Shown: positions 52,387 through 61,825 of the stretch, in pieces
Numbering within the stretch: position 1 is the first letter of the stretch
Layout: every line of letters starts with the position of its first letter
Origin: Deltaproteobacteria bacterium
Lineage (GTDB): Bacteria > Desulfobacterota > Binatia > UBA12015
Reading direction: 5' to 3'
DNA: 64,000 nucleotides
Assembly: GCA_046583355.1 (NCBI GenBank)
Contig: JAYGCM010000009.1
Span: forward strand, 32,808 to 96,807
The notes under the pieces: generated by a model
The model's database searches: none
Told to the model about the DNA's origin: nothing
The model's input: only the letters and a program-made list of their open reading frames with translations
Position numbers and translations under genes: made by a program

Positions 52387-53997
52387 TCAGATATCGGTCA
52401 GGCCCGTGCCACCCGGAGTCGTGGGCAGCGCGGCCGCGTCGCCTTCTTCGAGATGATTCGCGCCATCACGCGTGGCCCAGATCGCGGCCAGACGCTCGGT
52501 CTGCTCGACCTTGCTGACATCATCGAAATGGTACCACTCGCCCTGGGCGCGCTCGTGGTCGAGATCGAGAAGAAGATACCCGCGCGACACCGTCTCGCCA
52601 TATTTCAGCGCGGGGTTCATCGTCTTGATGACCTCCTCCAACCCCGGAACGGAGAAGGTCGATGTCACGCTGGAGCAAACCATCTCGACACCAAGCGAGC
52701 CGCGGCCGGTCTGCGGGTCGTAATGCGAAGGTTCGTTGGGATCGCGCGTCAAGTCGGCGGCCCATGAGCTATGCACGTCGCCGGTGAGCACGATCAGGTT
52801 GCCGCGGCCGGCATCCTCCACCGCGTCAAAAAGGCGCTCGCGCGCGGCATGGTAGCCATCCCATTGATCGGCATTGGCGACGGCACCGCCGCCCTCGGCC
52901 TCCGGCAGACCCTGAAGCTTCCACTGGTGCATGACGATCTGCTGGCCGAGCACGAACCAGCGGGCAGAGGAGCTCTGCATCTCACCGGCAACCCATTCCT
53001 CTTGGTCAAAGCCGAGCAACGTACGCTCGGGGTCCCGCATCACGGCGCTATCCGAGGCCGATCCTGCCGCCTTGTCGCGACCCCAGATACGCGTATCGAG
53101 CATCGTCAGGTCGAGGAGGTCACCGAAGCGGAACGAGCGGAAGATCCGCCCATCTTCTTGATCTCGAATGGGCAGCCATTCGGAGTACGCCTGCGCCGCC
53201 GCGGCCTTGCGGGCCTGCCAAGCACCTTCGTCCTCTTGGTGGTTGCTCGCGCCACCCTTCCAGGAATTATTCGCCGACTCATGGTCGTCCCAGACGAGGA
53301 TCCAAGGATGCTGCCGATGCGCCGCCTGCAGGTCGGGGTCGGTATGATATTGCGCGTAGCGCTGCCGGTAGTCGTCAAGCGTAATAATTTCATGGGCCGG
53401 AAGATGCGCCCGCGCACCCCCCGCGGCGTACTCATAAATATAGTCGCCGAGATGCACGACGACATCGAGGTCCTCACGTGCCGCCAGGCTCCGATAGGCA
53501 TGGAAATATCCGATGCTGTAGAAGGAGCACGAAACCACGCCGATGCGCATGCGCTCCTGGCTCCCTGTCGGTGCGGTTTTGGTGCGGCCGACGGGCGACA
53601 TGCGGCCGAGCGCGTGGAAGCGATAATAATAAGTCGCGCCGGCATCCAGGCCCTGCACATCGACCTTCACCGTATAGTCGAGCGAAGAATCCGTGCCTTC
53701 CCAGCCCGCTGCCACGCGGTCGAGAAAATCCTCATCACGGGCCATTTCCCAAAAAACCGACACCGCTTCATCACCTTGCGTCGAGACGCGCGTCCAGAGA
53801 ATCACGGCATCACTCAAGGGGTCACCGCTCGCCACGGCATGCGAGAAAAGCGTAGCCGGACCGGGTTGGCCCTCGAACTCGTAGCTCGGAAGGCTCGCCG
53901 CAGACGAGCCTCCACAGGCCGAAATCGCTCCGGCTACCGGGATGAGGCCAAGAGATGCGGCAAGCCGCAATACTTCACGTCGGGAAAATGTCGCCAT
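52387..53997 (-). CDS. phoD: Alkaline phosphatase D (PhoD) with Tat/lipoprotein signal
   Basis: MATFSRREVLRLAASLGLIPVAGAISAC (twin-Arg plus lipobox), VVHLGDYIYEY, WDDHE and LTGDVHSSWA. Confidence 0.9.
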   Translation of the reverse strand: MATFSRREVLRLAASLGLIPVAGAISACGGSSAASLPSYEFEGQPGPATLFSHAVASGDPLSDAVILWTRVSTQGDEAVSVFWEMARDEDFLDRVAAGWEGTDSSLDYTVKVDVQGLDAGATYYYRFHALGRMSPVGRTKTAPTGSQERMRIGVVSCSFYSIGYFHAYRSLAAREDLDVVVHLGDYIYEYAAGGARAHLPAHEIITLDDYRQRYAQYHTDPDLQAAHRQHPWILVWDDHESANNSWKGGASNHQEDEGAWQARKAAAAQAYSEWLPIRDQEDGRIFRSFRFGDLLDLTMLDTRIWGRDKAAGSASDSAVMRDPERTLLGFDQEEWVAGEMQSSSARWFVLGQQIVMHQWKLQGLPEAEGGGAVANADQWDGYHAARERLFDAVEDAGRGNLIVLTGDVHSSWAADLTRDPNEPSHYDPQTGRGSLGVEMVCSSVTSTFSVPGLEEVIKTMNPALKYGETVSRGYLLLDLDHERAQGEWYHFDDVSKVEQTERLAAIWATRDGANHLEEGDAAALPTTPGGTGLTDI

Positions 53998-54079
53998 CCG
54001 CCGCAGGCTACTCTCGCCAGGCCACCGAGAACAAGCGATCTTCGGAACCGGGCTCGCGAATGATAGAGAAAGGCGGAGA

Positions 54080-54316
54080 ATGTCCGGAGATTCACGAAAC
54101 GAAGAGAAACCCGTCGAGGTTCGTTGGCAGGAGCTGAGCGCCGAGGCGCTCGACGGCCTGATCGAGGAATTCGTGACGCGCGATGGCACCGACTACGGCG
54201 CCCAGGAACGCGACCTCGCGTCACGCAAGCAGGACGTCCGTCGCCAGCTCGAACGCCGCAAGGTTCGGATCTTCTTCGACCAGACCTCCGGCAGCATAAA
54301 TTTGCGATCCATATAG
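54080..54316 (+). CDS. yheU: YheU-family (UPF0270) small protein
   Basis: VEVRWQELSAEALDGLIEEFVTRDGTDYG..E..L...V..V..QL. ATG 54080 follows AGGCGGAG. Confidence 0.7.
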   Translation: MSGDSRNEEKPVEVRWQELSAEALDGLIEEFVTRDGTDYGAQERDLASRKQDVRRQLERRKVRIFFDQTSGSINLRSI

Positions 54317-54340
54317 AGGGGGATCGCTCCCCCTCTATAT
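54311..54340. terminator. Perfect palindromic hairpin between convergent genes (bidirectional terminator candidate)
   Basis: ATATAGAGGGGGA-TCGC-TCCCCCTCTATAT, a 13-bp stem with AT-rich flanks. It overlaps the yheU stop codon. Confidence 0.65.
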
Positions 54341-54366
54341 TCGATCGGATCGACGGGAGGCTTGGG

Positions 54367-55548
54367 TCAGCTCAACTCTTTGCGGGTATATCCCAGCAGG
54401 CTGCGCGCAATGATGAGATGCTGGACCTGGCCGGTACCTTCGTAGATATCGGTGATGCGGCAATCGCGGAACCATTTTTCGACCAGATGGTCGCGCGAGA
54501 TGCCCATGGGGCCGAGGAGCTCGATGCAACCCTGGGTGACCAGGCGGACGGTTTCGCCGCCTTTGGCCTTGGCGATCGAAGCCTCGACGTTATTCGGCTT
54601 GCCCTCGTCGGCCAGCCAAGCCGCTCGCATCACTGTGAGGATCGAGGCTTCCTGCATCGCCTCCATCTCGAAGAAGCGGGCGGCCATCGCGCTCTCGTTT
54701 ACCGCGCTGCCACCGTAGCTCAGATCGATGCCGGCCTTGATCAGCTCCTCGCGCGTGAAGTCCAGCGCGGCCTGAGAAATCCCCAAGCCAAGCGCGGCAA
54801 CCGCCGGGCGAGTCATATTGAAGGTCTTCATCGCCTTCTTGAAACCGCCGGAGCCCTTCTTCGCGATGCCCTCATCGCCGCCGAGAAGATTCTCGCGCGG
54901 GATGCGACAATCTTCAAAATGGAAGGCGGCCGTATCGTCGGCGCGAATTCCCAATTTCTTCTCTTTCTTGACGACATTGAAGCCCGGCGTGCCCTTCTCG
55001 ATGAGAAAGGATTTGATGCCGGCGCGCCCCGCAGACGGATCGACCGTCGCCCAGACAACCACGCCATCGCCGCGAATTCCGGTGGTGACGAAGATCTTCT
55101 CGCCGTTGATCACCCATTCGTCGCCATCGAGGACGGCCTTGGTACGCAATGCCGAGGGGTCCGAGCCACAGCCGGGCTCGGTGATCGCCATGGCCAGCGT
55201 GAGGTGGCCCCATTTCTCGTTCTGTTCCTTGGAACCCGCCGCCAATAGCGCCGAATTGCCGAGTGCGCCGGGGGCACGCTTCACGCGAACCGCGTAATCG
55301 CCCCAGGTCTGATAAAGCGTGAGCCACATCTGCAGGACCGCGTTGCCGCCGTCTTCCGCAATAACACGCTCACCGATCAGACGCCGCCGCTTGCCCGGCA
55401 TTTCGGCCCCTTCGGGCAGAACATCAGGCGGCAACTCGTCTTCTTCGCGGTCGTCGTAATAGCGCGCGTATTTGCGTGCGATCATCCCCTCGGCGCGGAG
55501 CATCGAGAGAATCGTTTCGTCCCTGTCGGAAAGCTGAAAATCAATCAT
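54367..55548 (-). CDS. Acyl-CoA dehydrogenase
   Basis: ACAD N/M/C domains and a C-terminal ITDIYEGTGQVQ (catalytic Glu context). RBS CAGGAG. Confidence 0.9.
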   Translation of the reverse strand: MIDFQLSDRDETILSMLRAEGMIARKYARYYDDREEDELPPDVLPEGAEMPGKRRRLIGERVIAEDGGNAVLQMWLTLYQTWGDYAVRVKRAPGALGNSALLAAGSKEQNEKWGHLTLAMAITEPGCGSDPSALRTKAVLDGDEWVINGEKIFVTTGIRGDGVVVWATVDPSAGRAGIKSFLIEKGTPGFNVVKKEKKLGIRADDTAAFHFEDCRIPRENLLGGDEGIAKKGSGGFKKAMKTFNMTRPAVAALGLGISQAALDFTREELIKAGIDLSYGGSAVNESAMAARFFEMEAMQEASILTVMRAAWLADEGKPNNVEASIAKAKGGETVRLVTQGCIELLGPMGISRDHLVEKWFRDCRITDIYEGTGQVQHLIIARSLLGYTRKELS

Positions 55549-55562
55549 GCTGGACTCCTGAA

Positions 55563-56678
55563 TCAGACCGTTGCGGCGCCTTCGAAAACACCGATTGTCC
55601 GCGCATGGCGGTACCAGAGTTCGAGCGGATGCTCGCGGATGAAGCCATGGCCGCCGAAGACTTGCAGACCATCATCGGCAACCTTCATCGTATGCTCGTT
55701 GACATAGCGACGCGTCAGATGAGCCTGGCGCGTGGCGTCACGTCCATATTCGAGTTCCGAGGCAGCCTTCCAGACCATCCAGCGCATCGAGTCGACCTCG
55801 ACCGCCATATCGGAGAGCATGAAGGCAATGGCCTGCTTGCGCCCGATCGGCTCGCCGAAGGCCTCGCGCTCAGTTGCGTAGGGACAGGCGTAGTCCAGAA
55901 CCGATTTCGCCAAACCCACCTGAACCGCCGCCGTACCGACGCGCGACGCGTCGAGAATGGTGCGGATATCCGCGCCCTGATCACCACCGAGGCGATCTTT
56001 CGGGTCGACCTTCACACCATTGAGCTTGAGCGTCGCCATCGGCAGCGCACGCAGCCCCAGGTGGGACACCGACTCGCTGATCTCCAGCCCGGCCGCGTCG
56101 CGCTCGATAAGGAATCCTTCGAGTTCGCCCACGCCACCACCGTTGCGCTCACCGCGCCGGGCGATGACAAGAAAATGGCTCGCCGAATCGGCAAGCGGCA
56201 CAAACGCCTTCTCCCCGTCAAGCACCCAGACGCCGTCGCGCTCGCTTGCGGTCGTCGTGAGGGTGAGCGGATCGAAGAACGGGCCCGGCTCGATCAGAGC
56301 CATCGAGGCGGCGTGGAATTTCTCCTCACAAAAAAGCGGCAGGTAGCGGCTCTTCTGGTCTTCGGTGCCGTGGTCGACAATCGCAAAGGCGAACGCGGAA
56401 GGCGCCATCGCGGCCATTGCCAACGCAGCGTCGCCGTAGGCCAGCTCTTCGAGCGCAATCACACCGAGCAGCGGCGAGCGCGTCATGCCAGCGCCACCAT
56501 TGGCTTCGGGGATCTGGGCCATGATGAGGCCAAGGGCCCAGGCCGCATCGAGGAAACCACCGGGTAGGATGGACTCCTCATCGGCATCGCGCGCGGCTTC
56601 GCGCATGACATCTGCCGCGAACTCGCGAGCGGTCGTGCGGACGAGCTCTTGCTCTTCGGTTGGCTGAAACGAAATCAC
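55563..56678 (-). CDS. Acyl-CoA dehydrogenase family protein (partner subunit candidate)
   Basis: ACAD-like throughout. It ends at ...RTIGVFEGAATV, shortly after the YEGT-equivalent. GTG start follows GGAGA. Confidence 0.85.
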   Translation of the reverse strand: MISFQPTEEQELVRTTAREFAADVMREAARDADEESILPGGFLDAAWALGLIMAQIPEANGGAGMTRSPLLGVIALEELAYGDAALAMAAMAPSAFAFAIVDHGTEDQKSRYLPLFCEEKFHAASMALIEPGPFFDPLTLTTTASERDGVWVLDGEKAFVPLADSASHFLVIARRGERNGGGVGELEGFLIERDAAGLEISESVSHLGLRALPMATLKLNGVKVDPKDRLGGDQGADIRTILDASRVGTAAVQVGLAKSVLDYACPYATEREAFGEPIGRKQAIAFMLSDMAVEVDSMRWMVWKAASELEYGRDATRQAHLTRRYVNEHTMKVADDGLQVFGGHGFIREHPLELWYRHARTIGVFEGAATV

Positions 56679-56776
56679 CTAATCATCTCCTGCTGAGGGG
56701 TTGGCTTTGCCGGAAGGCCAAGGTTAATGCACTGGGAGTGCAACTTTCAAGGCACGGAAAAACAGAGGAAACATCG

Positions 56777-57637
56777 ATGAAATTCGGAGTCATGTTCAGT
56801 AACGTCGGCCCGATTGGCGCACCGGACTTCCTGCCCGACTTCGCCCGGATGAACGAAGACGCGGGTGTCGAATCCCTTTGGACGGTCGAACACGTGGTAG
56901 TGCCGCAGAGCTATCAATCGAAATATCCGTATAGCCGCGACGGCCGCATGCCGGGGCCGGAAGAGGCCCCGATTCCCGACCCCATCCTGCCGCTGGTCTA
57001 CGCCGCGGCCTTCACCTCGAAGATCAAGCTCGGCACCGGCATCCTCATTCTGCCGCAGCGCCATCCCTTCTATGTCGCCAAGGAAATCGCCACGCTTGAC
57101 GTCCTCTCGCGCGGCCGCGCCATCCTGGGCATCGGCATCGGCTGGCTACGCGAAGAATTCGACGCCATCGGCGTCCCCTTCGACTCCCGCGCCGCAAGGA
57201 CGCGCGAGTCGGTAAGTGCTCTGCGCTCCTTGTGGAAGGCCGATCCGGAAGCCTTCGACGGGAAATTCTTCCAATGGGGGCCCATGCACTCGAACCCCAG
57301 CCCCGTGCAGGCGCATCTGCCGATCGTCATGGGCGGCCATACCGATATCTCCGCCAAGCGCGCCGCACGCTACTGCGACGGCTTCTTCCCGGCGATCGCC
57401 GACGCCGGCAAACTCGCGCACCTCCTTGCCGTCATGAAGGCCGAATGCGAGAAGCTCGGCCGCAACCCCGACGAGATCGAAATCTCCGTCGGCGCTGGCA
57501 TCATCGACCTCGACGGCGTGAAGCGCTTCGAGGATATGGGCGTATCGCGCATCGGGATCGCGCCGGCCGGCTTCGACAAGGATTCACTGGAGAAGGGCTT
57601 GGCCGCCTTTGACGATGCCGTGATGTCAAAGCTCTAG
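56777..57637 (+). CDS. Luciferase-like monooxygenase (LLM) class oxidoreductase, F420-dependent-type
   Basis: MKFGVMFSNVG...ESLWTVEHVV...LDVLSRGRAILGIGIGWLREEF. Confidence 0.8.
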   Translation: MKFGVMFSNVGPIGAPDFLPDFARMNEDAGVESLWTVEHVVVPQSYQSKYPYSRDGRMPGPEEAPIPDPILPLVYAAAFTSKIKLGTGILILPQRHPFYVAKEIATLDVLSRGRAILGIGIGWLREEFDAIGVPFDSRAARTRESVSALRSLWKADPEAFDGKFFQWGPMHSNPSPVQAHLPIVMGGHTDISAKRAARYCDGFFPAIADAGKLAHLLAVMKAECEKLGRNPDEIEISVGAGIIDLDGVKRFEDMGVSRIGIAPAGFDKDSLEKGLAAFDDAVMSKL

Positions 57638-58411
57638 AGGCACGGCCAGTACGCCAAGGCGCCACAAGGTAAAGCGAAGCATCTCCTTGTCGCTGCCGAA
57701 GGTATGCGTGACCTCGCGGCCTGCCGCGAGGTCACGGGCCATGGCCGTAAAGGCCGCTTCCCCGGCAAATACCGTCAGGTCGTTCAGCAGAAGGCGAAAA
57801 TTCTCCCGGCTGGACGGCCGCATACGCTCCGCCAGATAGCTGTAGTCAAAGCTGCGCGGGCGCAACTCGCGCAGCACGCCTTCACCGGCGAACACCAACT
57901 GCAGCAACAATCCCTCGGTGACCTCTTCTTCGATTTGCGTCGTCTTTTGCTTCGCCAGGACCGGCATCGGTAGCCCCATCGCGAGCCCCGCCCGGCTGAG
58001 ACGCAGCTTGCGTTTGTTTTTCGTGATTTTTTTCTGCGCGACGCATTGCACCTGGCTGAGCGAAACCAGCGACAAACTCTCCCACGCAAGGTCACGCGAC
58101 TCCCCGAGCAAACCGACCCCGACGCTCAGACCATCACGACGCAGCTCGGCCCGCCTGAGTTGCACGACCTGCAGCGGACCGGGCAGCTGGCCTTCCTCGC
58201 GCGCAGTCGCCGCAAAGCCTGCCGCCGTGAGCGAAGCCGCGAGCCGCTCCGCATGGTCTTTGGACAGATCGCTCGCGATCCAACCGAAGCGGGTATGAAG
58301 CGCATTGACATGGTCATGGACCATGCCGCCCAGCACCTCCTGCATCGACCCGGCAATCCGCACGGCCGCAAGCGGCATCGTCTCCTCGACCAGAAATACC
58401 GAGAATGGCAT
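57626..58411 (-). CDS. Hypothetical cytoplasmic protein, no recognised family
   Basis: 261-aa ORF with coding-like composition and a central basic patch (KKITKNKRKLRLSR). The start is ambiguous (ATG 58411 or ATG 58378). Confidence 0.45.
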   Translation of the reverse strand: MPFSVFLVEETMPLAAVRIAGSMQEVLGGMVHDHVNALHTRFGWIASDLSKDHAERLAASLTAAGFAATAREEGQLPGPLQVVQLRRAELRRDGLSVGVGLLGESRDLAWESLSLVSLSQVQCVAQKKITKNKRKLRLSRAGLAMGLPMPVLAKQKTTQIEEEVTEGLLLQLVFAGEGVLRELRPRSFDYSYLAERMRPSSRENFRLLLNDLTVFAGEAAFTAMARDLAAGREVTHTFGSDKEMLRFTLWRLGVLAVPLEL

Positions 58412-58496
58412 TGCTCCAGCCTACGTGAAATTCCGCCCCAAGGCTGCATGCTCCGCGGAGTTTGCGGTTCGGCGAGCGAGGTGGCAGGCCCAAGTC

Positions 58497-59651
58497 ATGC
58501 AGACAACGACGCGACCTTTTTCGATCGAGATCAGCGACTCCGTGTTGGAGGACCTCCAGCAGCGGCTCGCGCGCACGCGTTTTCCCGGCGAGATCCCCGA
58601 CTCGGGATGGGGCTACGGGGCCAACCTGGCCTACCTGAAAGAATTCGTTACCTATTGGCGCGATTCCTACGATTGGCGCGAGCATGAGGCCCGCCTCAAC
58701 CGGCTGAATCAGGTGCAGGTAAAGGCCGGCGGCCTGTGGATTCACGCCGTACACGAACGCGGCAAGGGCCCCAAGCCGATGCCGCTTTGTCTCACGCATG
58801 GCTGGCCGGGCTCGTTTGCCGAGTTCGAGCAGATCCTCGGCCCGCTGACCGACCCGGCTGCGCACGGCGGTGACGCGGCCGATTCTTTTGATGTCATCCT
58901 GCCCTCGATGCCGGGCTACGGCTTCTCCGAGGGCGCGCGTGAGCCCGGCATGGATTGCGAGAAAATCGCTGCGATCTGGGTCGAGGTGATGGCCGGCCTC
59001 GGCTACCAGCGCTTCGCCGCCCAAGGCGGCGATTGGGGCGCGATCGTCACCTCACTCCTGGGCGCCAACCATGCCGAGCAAGTACTCGGCATCCACCTCA
59101 ATATGGCGATCGCCTTCCCCGCCGATGCCGCAAAAGCCCTCGAGGGACTCTCGGAAGAGGATATGGCCGGGCTGGGCGATCTCGATCATTTCCAAAAGAT
59201 CGAGACCGGCTACCAGCAGATCCAGGGCACCAAGCCGCAGACGCTGGCCTACGGCCTGAACGATTCCCCCGCGGGCCTGGCCGGCTGGATTATCGAGAAA
59301 TTCCACACTTGGAGCGATTGCGACGGCGATCTCGAGAGCGTCTATACCAAAGATCAGATGCTCACCAATATCATGCTCTACTGGCTACCCGAGGCGATCG
59401 GCTCGTCCGTGCGCCTTTATTGCGAGTCCATGCGAGCCGGAAAATTCCCTCCGATGGGCTACCATGTGGATGTGCCAACAGGCGTCGCCATGTTCCCCCG
59501 CGAGATCATCCGCACACCGCGGCCCTGGATCGAGAGCACCTACAACCTCACGCACTACCGTCGCTTCGACAAGGGCGGTCATTTCGCTGCGATGGAGCAA
59601 CCCGTGGCGCTGGTCGAGAGCATCCGCGAGCATTTCCGACCGCTGCGCTGA
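58497..59651 (+). CDS. Epoxide hydrolase (microsomal/EHN-domain type)
   Basis: The N-terminal EHN domain (PFSIEISDSVLEDLQQRLARTRFP...GANLAYLKEFVTYWRDSYDWREHEARLN), HGWPGSF and GGDWGA. Confidence 0.85.
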   Translation: MQTTTRPFSIEISDSVLEDLQQRLARTRFPGEIPDSGWGYGANLAYLKEFVTYWRDSYDWREHEARLNRLNQVQVKAGGLWIHAVHERGKGPKPMPLCLTHGWPGSFAEFEQILGPLTDPAAHGGDAADSFDVILPSMPGYGFSEGAREPGMDCEKIAAIWVEVMAGLGYQRFAAQGGDWGAIVTSLLGANHAEQVLGIHLNMAIAFPADAAKALEGLSEEDMAGLGDLDHFQKIETGYQQIQGTKPQTLAYGLNDSPAGLAGWIIEKFHTWSDCDGDLESVYTKDQMLTNIMLYWLPEAIGSSVRLYCESMRAGKFPPMGYHVDVPTGVAMFPREIIRTPRPWIESTYNLTHYRRFDKGGHFAAMEQPVALVESIREHFRPLR

Positions 59652-59670
59652 AGCACTCCGGGAAAGACAG

Positions 59671-59702
59671 CGAGGCGCATGCCCGACCGGGCATGCGCCT
59701 CG
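59671..59702. terminator. 14-bp perfect hairpin between convergent genes
   Basis: CGAGGCGCATGCCC-GACC-GGGCATGCGCCTCG. Confidence 0.6.
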
Positions 59703-59750
59703 CACGATATTCACGTCACTCTCGCTACGAACCCTGGTGAGAAATGCAGG

Positions 59751-60881
59751 CTAACCCCTGATTCGAATCGGGTGGTAGGCCGTATTGTTATGATACCAAT
59801 CCTCTTCAAGCGCCAAATCGGAGTTGATCACTACGCCAAGATAATAGGTGCCCCCGAAAACCAATCCGTCCGGAATTCTCAGGGTCGTGGTGACCGTTCG
59901 GGGCGAGTCAAAAAGGAAGTTGATCGCCCGTGAGCCTATCTCGATATCATTGTCCGAAATATTCATATTCGCCGAGATATAGAAAGAGACGCGGACATTT
60001 CGATGGTCCACCCCTCCCGGGTTTTCGAAGGTGAAGGGCACATCGACCAACTGCCCTCTCGCGACGTCGAAACGCCGCCCCACCGGGTAGGAGCGCCACT
60101 TCAGAACGAACCCCTGGTTCGTGTCTCGGATCAGCCCGAAGTCGTGAGCACTGTATTCGCCGGAGGCACCTGTTCGAACGAAGGAGGTGACCGCAAGATC
60201 ATCCTGATTCCCGCGACCATAGAGGCGGACCAGCCCCAGGCCTGCGTCTTCGCCCACAGAAGGAAGATATTCGCCGTTGGTGGTCGCGTTCAGATGAGTC
60301 GGATCCGAGCCCATGATGTTATACACACGCGATTCGTGGCTCAGCCCTGCCACGTGTCCGAGTTCGTGCAGCGCCGTTGTGTAGAAGGGCCGAAAACGGC
60401 CACGCCAGGCGGTGATATTGCGCCGTTGAAACTGATTTCCAAAATCCCACCGACTTCGATTGGAGAAGAGCACATCGCCCTCCACGATCCCCCTGCGCAC
60501 CGCGAAGAACCACCAGTAGCAACGCGTCGTTCGGTAGGCCACCGCCGGCGCACCAATATCGTCAGCGGTGAAGGCGATCTGATTTCTCCCGTTCCTCGTG
60601 GAGAAGTTCCCGTGGTCGAAATCCATGATCCGGAAGTCGAACTCGCTCGCATTTCGGTTGAAAAACGTGTTGACGCTGTAGCGAAGCGCTGCAGCAAGAC
60701 GCGGGTCGCTCCCGAAACTCACCGCCGCCGGGTGGATGCTGATCCTCTCGCCCGACCATCTCTGCGGCGATCCTCCGCAAGTTCTCCACCGCGCGGCGTC
60801 GCAGAGTGTTGGCAATGCCATAAGAATCAGAAGGCTCAGGTTGATAACCAAAATTCGTGATCTGCGATTCGTCGTGATCAT
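59751..60881 (-). CDS. Secreted metzincin-type zinc metalloprotease (M10-like) with C-terminal beta-rich domain
   Basis: Signal peptide RILVINLSLLILMALPTLCDA, zinc motif HELGHVAGLSHE (HExxHxxGxxH) and a candidate Met-turn NIMG. G+C is visibly lower than in the neighbours. Confidence 0.75.
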   Translation of the reverse strand: MITTNRRSRILVINLSLLILMALPTLCDAARWRTCGGSPQRWSGERISIHPAAVSFGSDPRLAAALRYSVNTFFNRNASEFDFRIMDFDHGNFSTRNGRNQIAFTADDIGAPAVAYRTTRCYWWFFAVRRGIVEGDVLFSNRSRWDFGNQFQRRNITAWRGRFRPFYTTALHELGHVAGLSHESRVYNIMGSDPTHLNATTNGEYLPSVGEDAGLGLVRLYGRGNQDDLAVTSFVRTGASGEYSAHDFGLIRDTNQGFVLKWRSYPVGRRFDVARGQLVDVPFTFENPGGVDHRNVRVSFYISANMNISDNDIEIGSRAINFLFDSPRTVTTTLRIPDGLVFGGTYYLGVVINSDLALEEDWYHNNTAYHPIRIRG

Positions 60882-61825
60882 TTCACGCTCCCTGTGCTGG
60901 CGGACCAGCGGTCCGGGTCATATTCATCTGTCGGCTTGCGGGTTGTACGCTTTGGCCCAGCGGCGAGTTTGTGCTCCACGAAGGAGAAGGGCTGATACGG
61001 ATCCTGCGAAATGAAGCCCGCCCTGGGCTTCGTGACCCGCTGGGCCGTGAGGCGGATCTGCGCCAGCAGATCCTCTATCGAGAGGGCCGTGCCAGGTGCG
61101 GTCACAGGCTCCTCAACGAGAAACTCCACGATCTCCCGCGGCGCGTTGTTCTCGTATTCCGCCCAGGCTGCTGTCTCAGACAAGCCCGACTCGGCGATCA
61201 TCTCTGTGAAATCATCGCGCATCCTCAGCCCCGCAAACGACGGTGCGGGGTAGCTCCGGTAGGAAAGTGAGGGTTCCAAGCCGCCATCGAAGATGAGCTG
61301 GGGATCACGCCGGTTGTCGTTAAGGCCGACGAGGGCGACCCCGGAGCTGCTGTACGCCCCCCCTGCGAACTCGCGGATCTGGCCCCCGTGACCACCGACC
61401 AGCGGCGTCTCGCTCGTGCCGTTTCCGCGGACGAAGAGAATCTGCCGTTCCCCCATAACGAAGGTCGGATCGAGCGAGGTGGCGTAGTACGAACCTTTGC
61501 CATCCGGACCTCCGTAGAAGCGAAGCGTTACAAACTCCTCACTCTTGGTGCGGCCGCGCAGCGACTCCAGCACGCGAAGAGTAACGAAAGTATGCGGGGC
61601 TCCCTCCAATATCGGGGCCCAGGTTCCACCTGTGCCAATCGAGATACTGTTGGCAGGCCCGGCGGGGTCCGAATATTGGATCTTCGTGACCTCGCCATGA
61701 AAGACGAAGTCCGAACGCTTGAGCATACTACGGAGCCCTCCCTCCCCTCCCCCGGCCGCATAGGCGGGCCGGATGGGAAGAGCGAACGCGAGAAGCGCGG
61801 CAAAGACGAGTGTTCTGTGAGTCAT
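60878..61825 (-). CDS. Secreted hypothetical protein co-transcribed with the metzincin
   Basis: Signal peptide MTHRTLVFAALLAFALPIRPAYA and an ATGA overlap with the protease gene. I recognise no family. Confidence 0.55.
   Translation of the reverse strand: MTHRTLVFAALLAFALPIRPAYAAGGGEGGLRSMLKRSDFVFHGEVTKIQYSDPAGPANSISIGTGGTWAPILEGAPHTFVTLRVLESLRGRTKSEEFVTLRFYGGPDGKGSYYATSLDPTFVMGERQILFVRGNGTSETPLVGGHGGQIREFAGGAYSSSGVALVGLNDNRRDPQLIFDGGLEPSLSYRSYPAPSFAGLRMRDDFTEMIAESGLSETAAWAEYENNAPREIVEFLVEEPVTAPGTALSIEDLLAQIRLTAQRVTKPRAGFISQDPYQPFSFVEHKLAAGPKRTTRKPTDEYDPDRWSASTGSVK

Noticed and set aside
51372-52517. 381-aa plus-strand ORF spanning the repeat locus and the hemolysin III gene
   Set aside because: Its Arg/Pro-rich translation looks like nonsense. 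The alternative frame gives a clean 7-TM PAQR protein with conserved His motifs.
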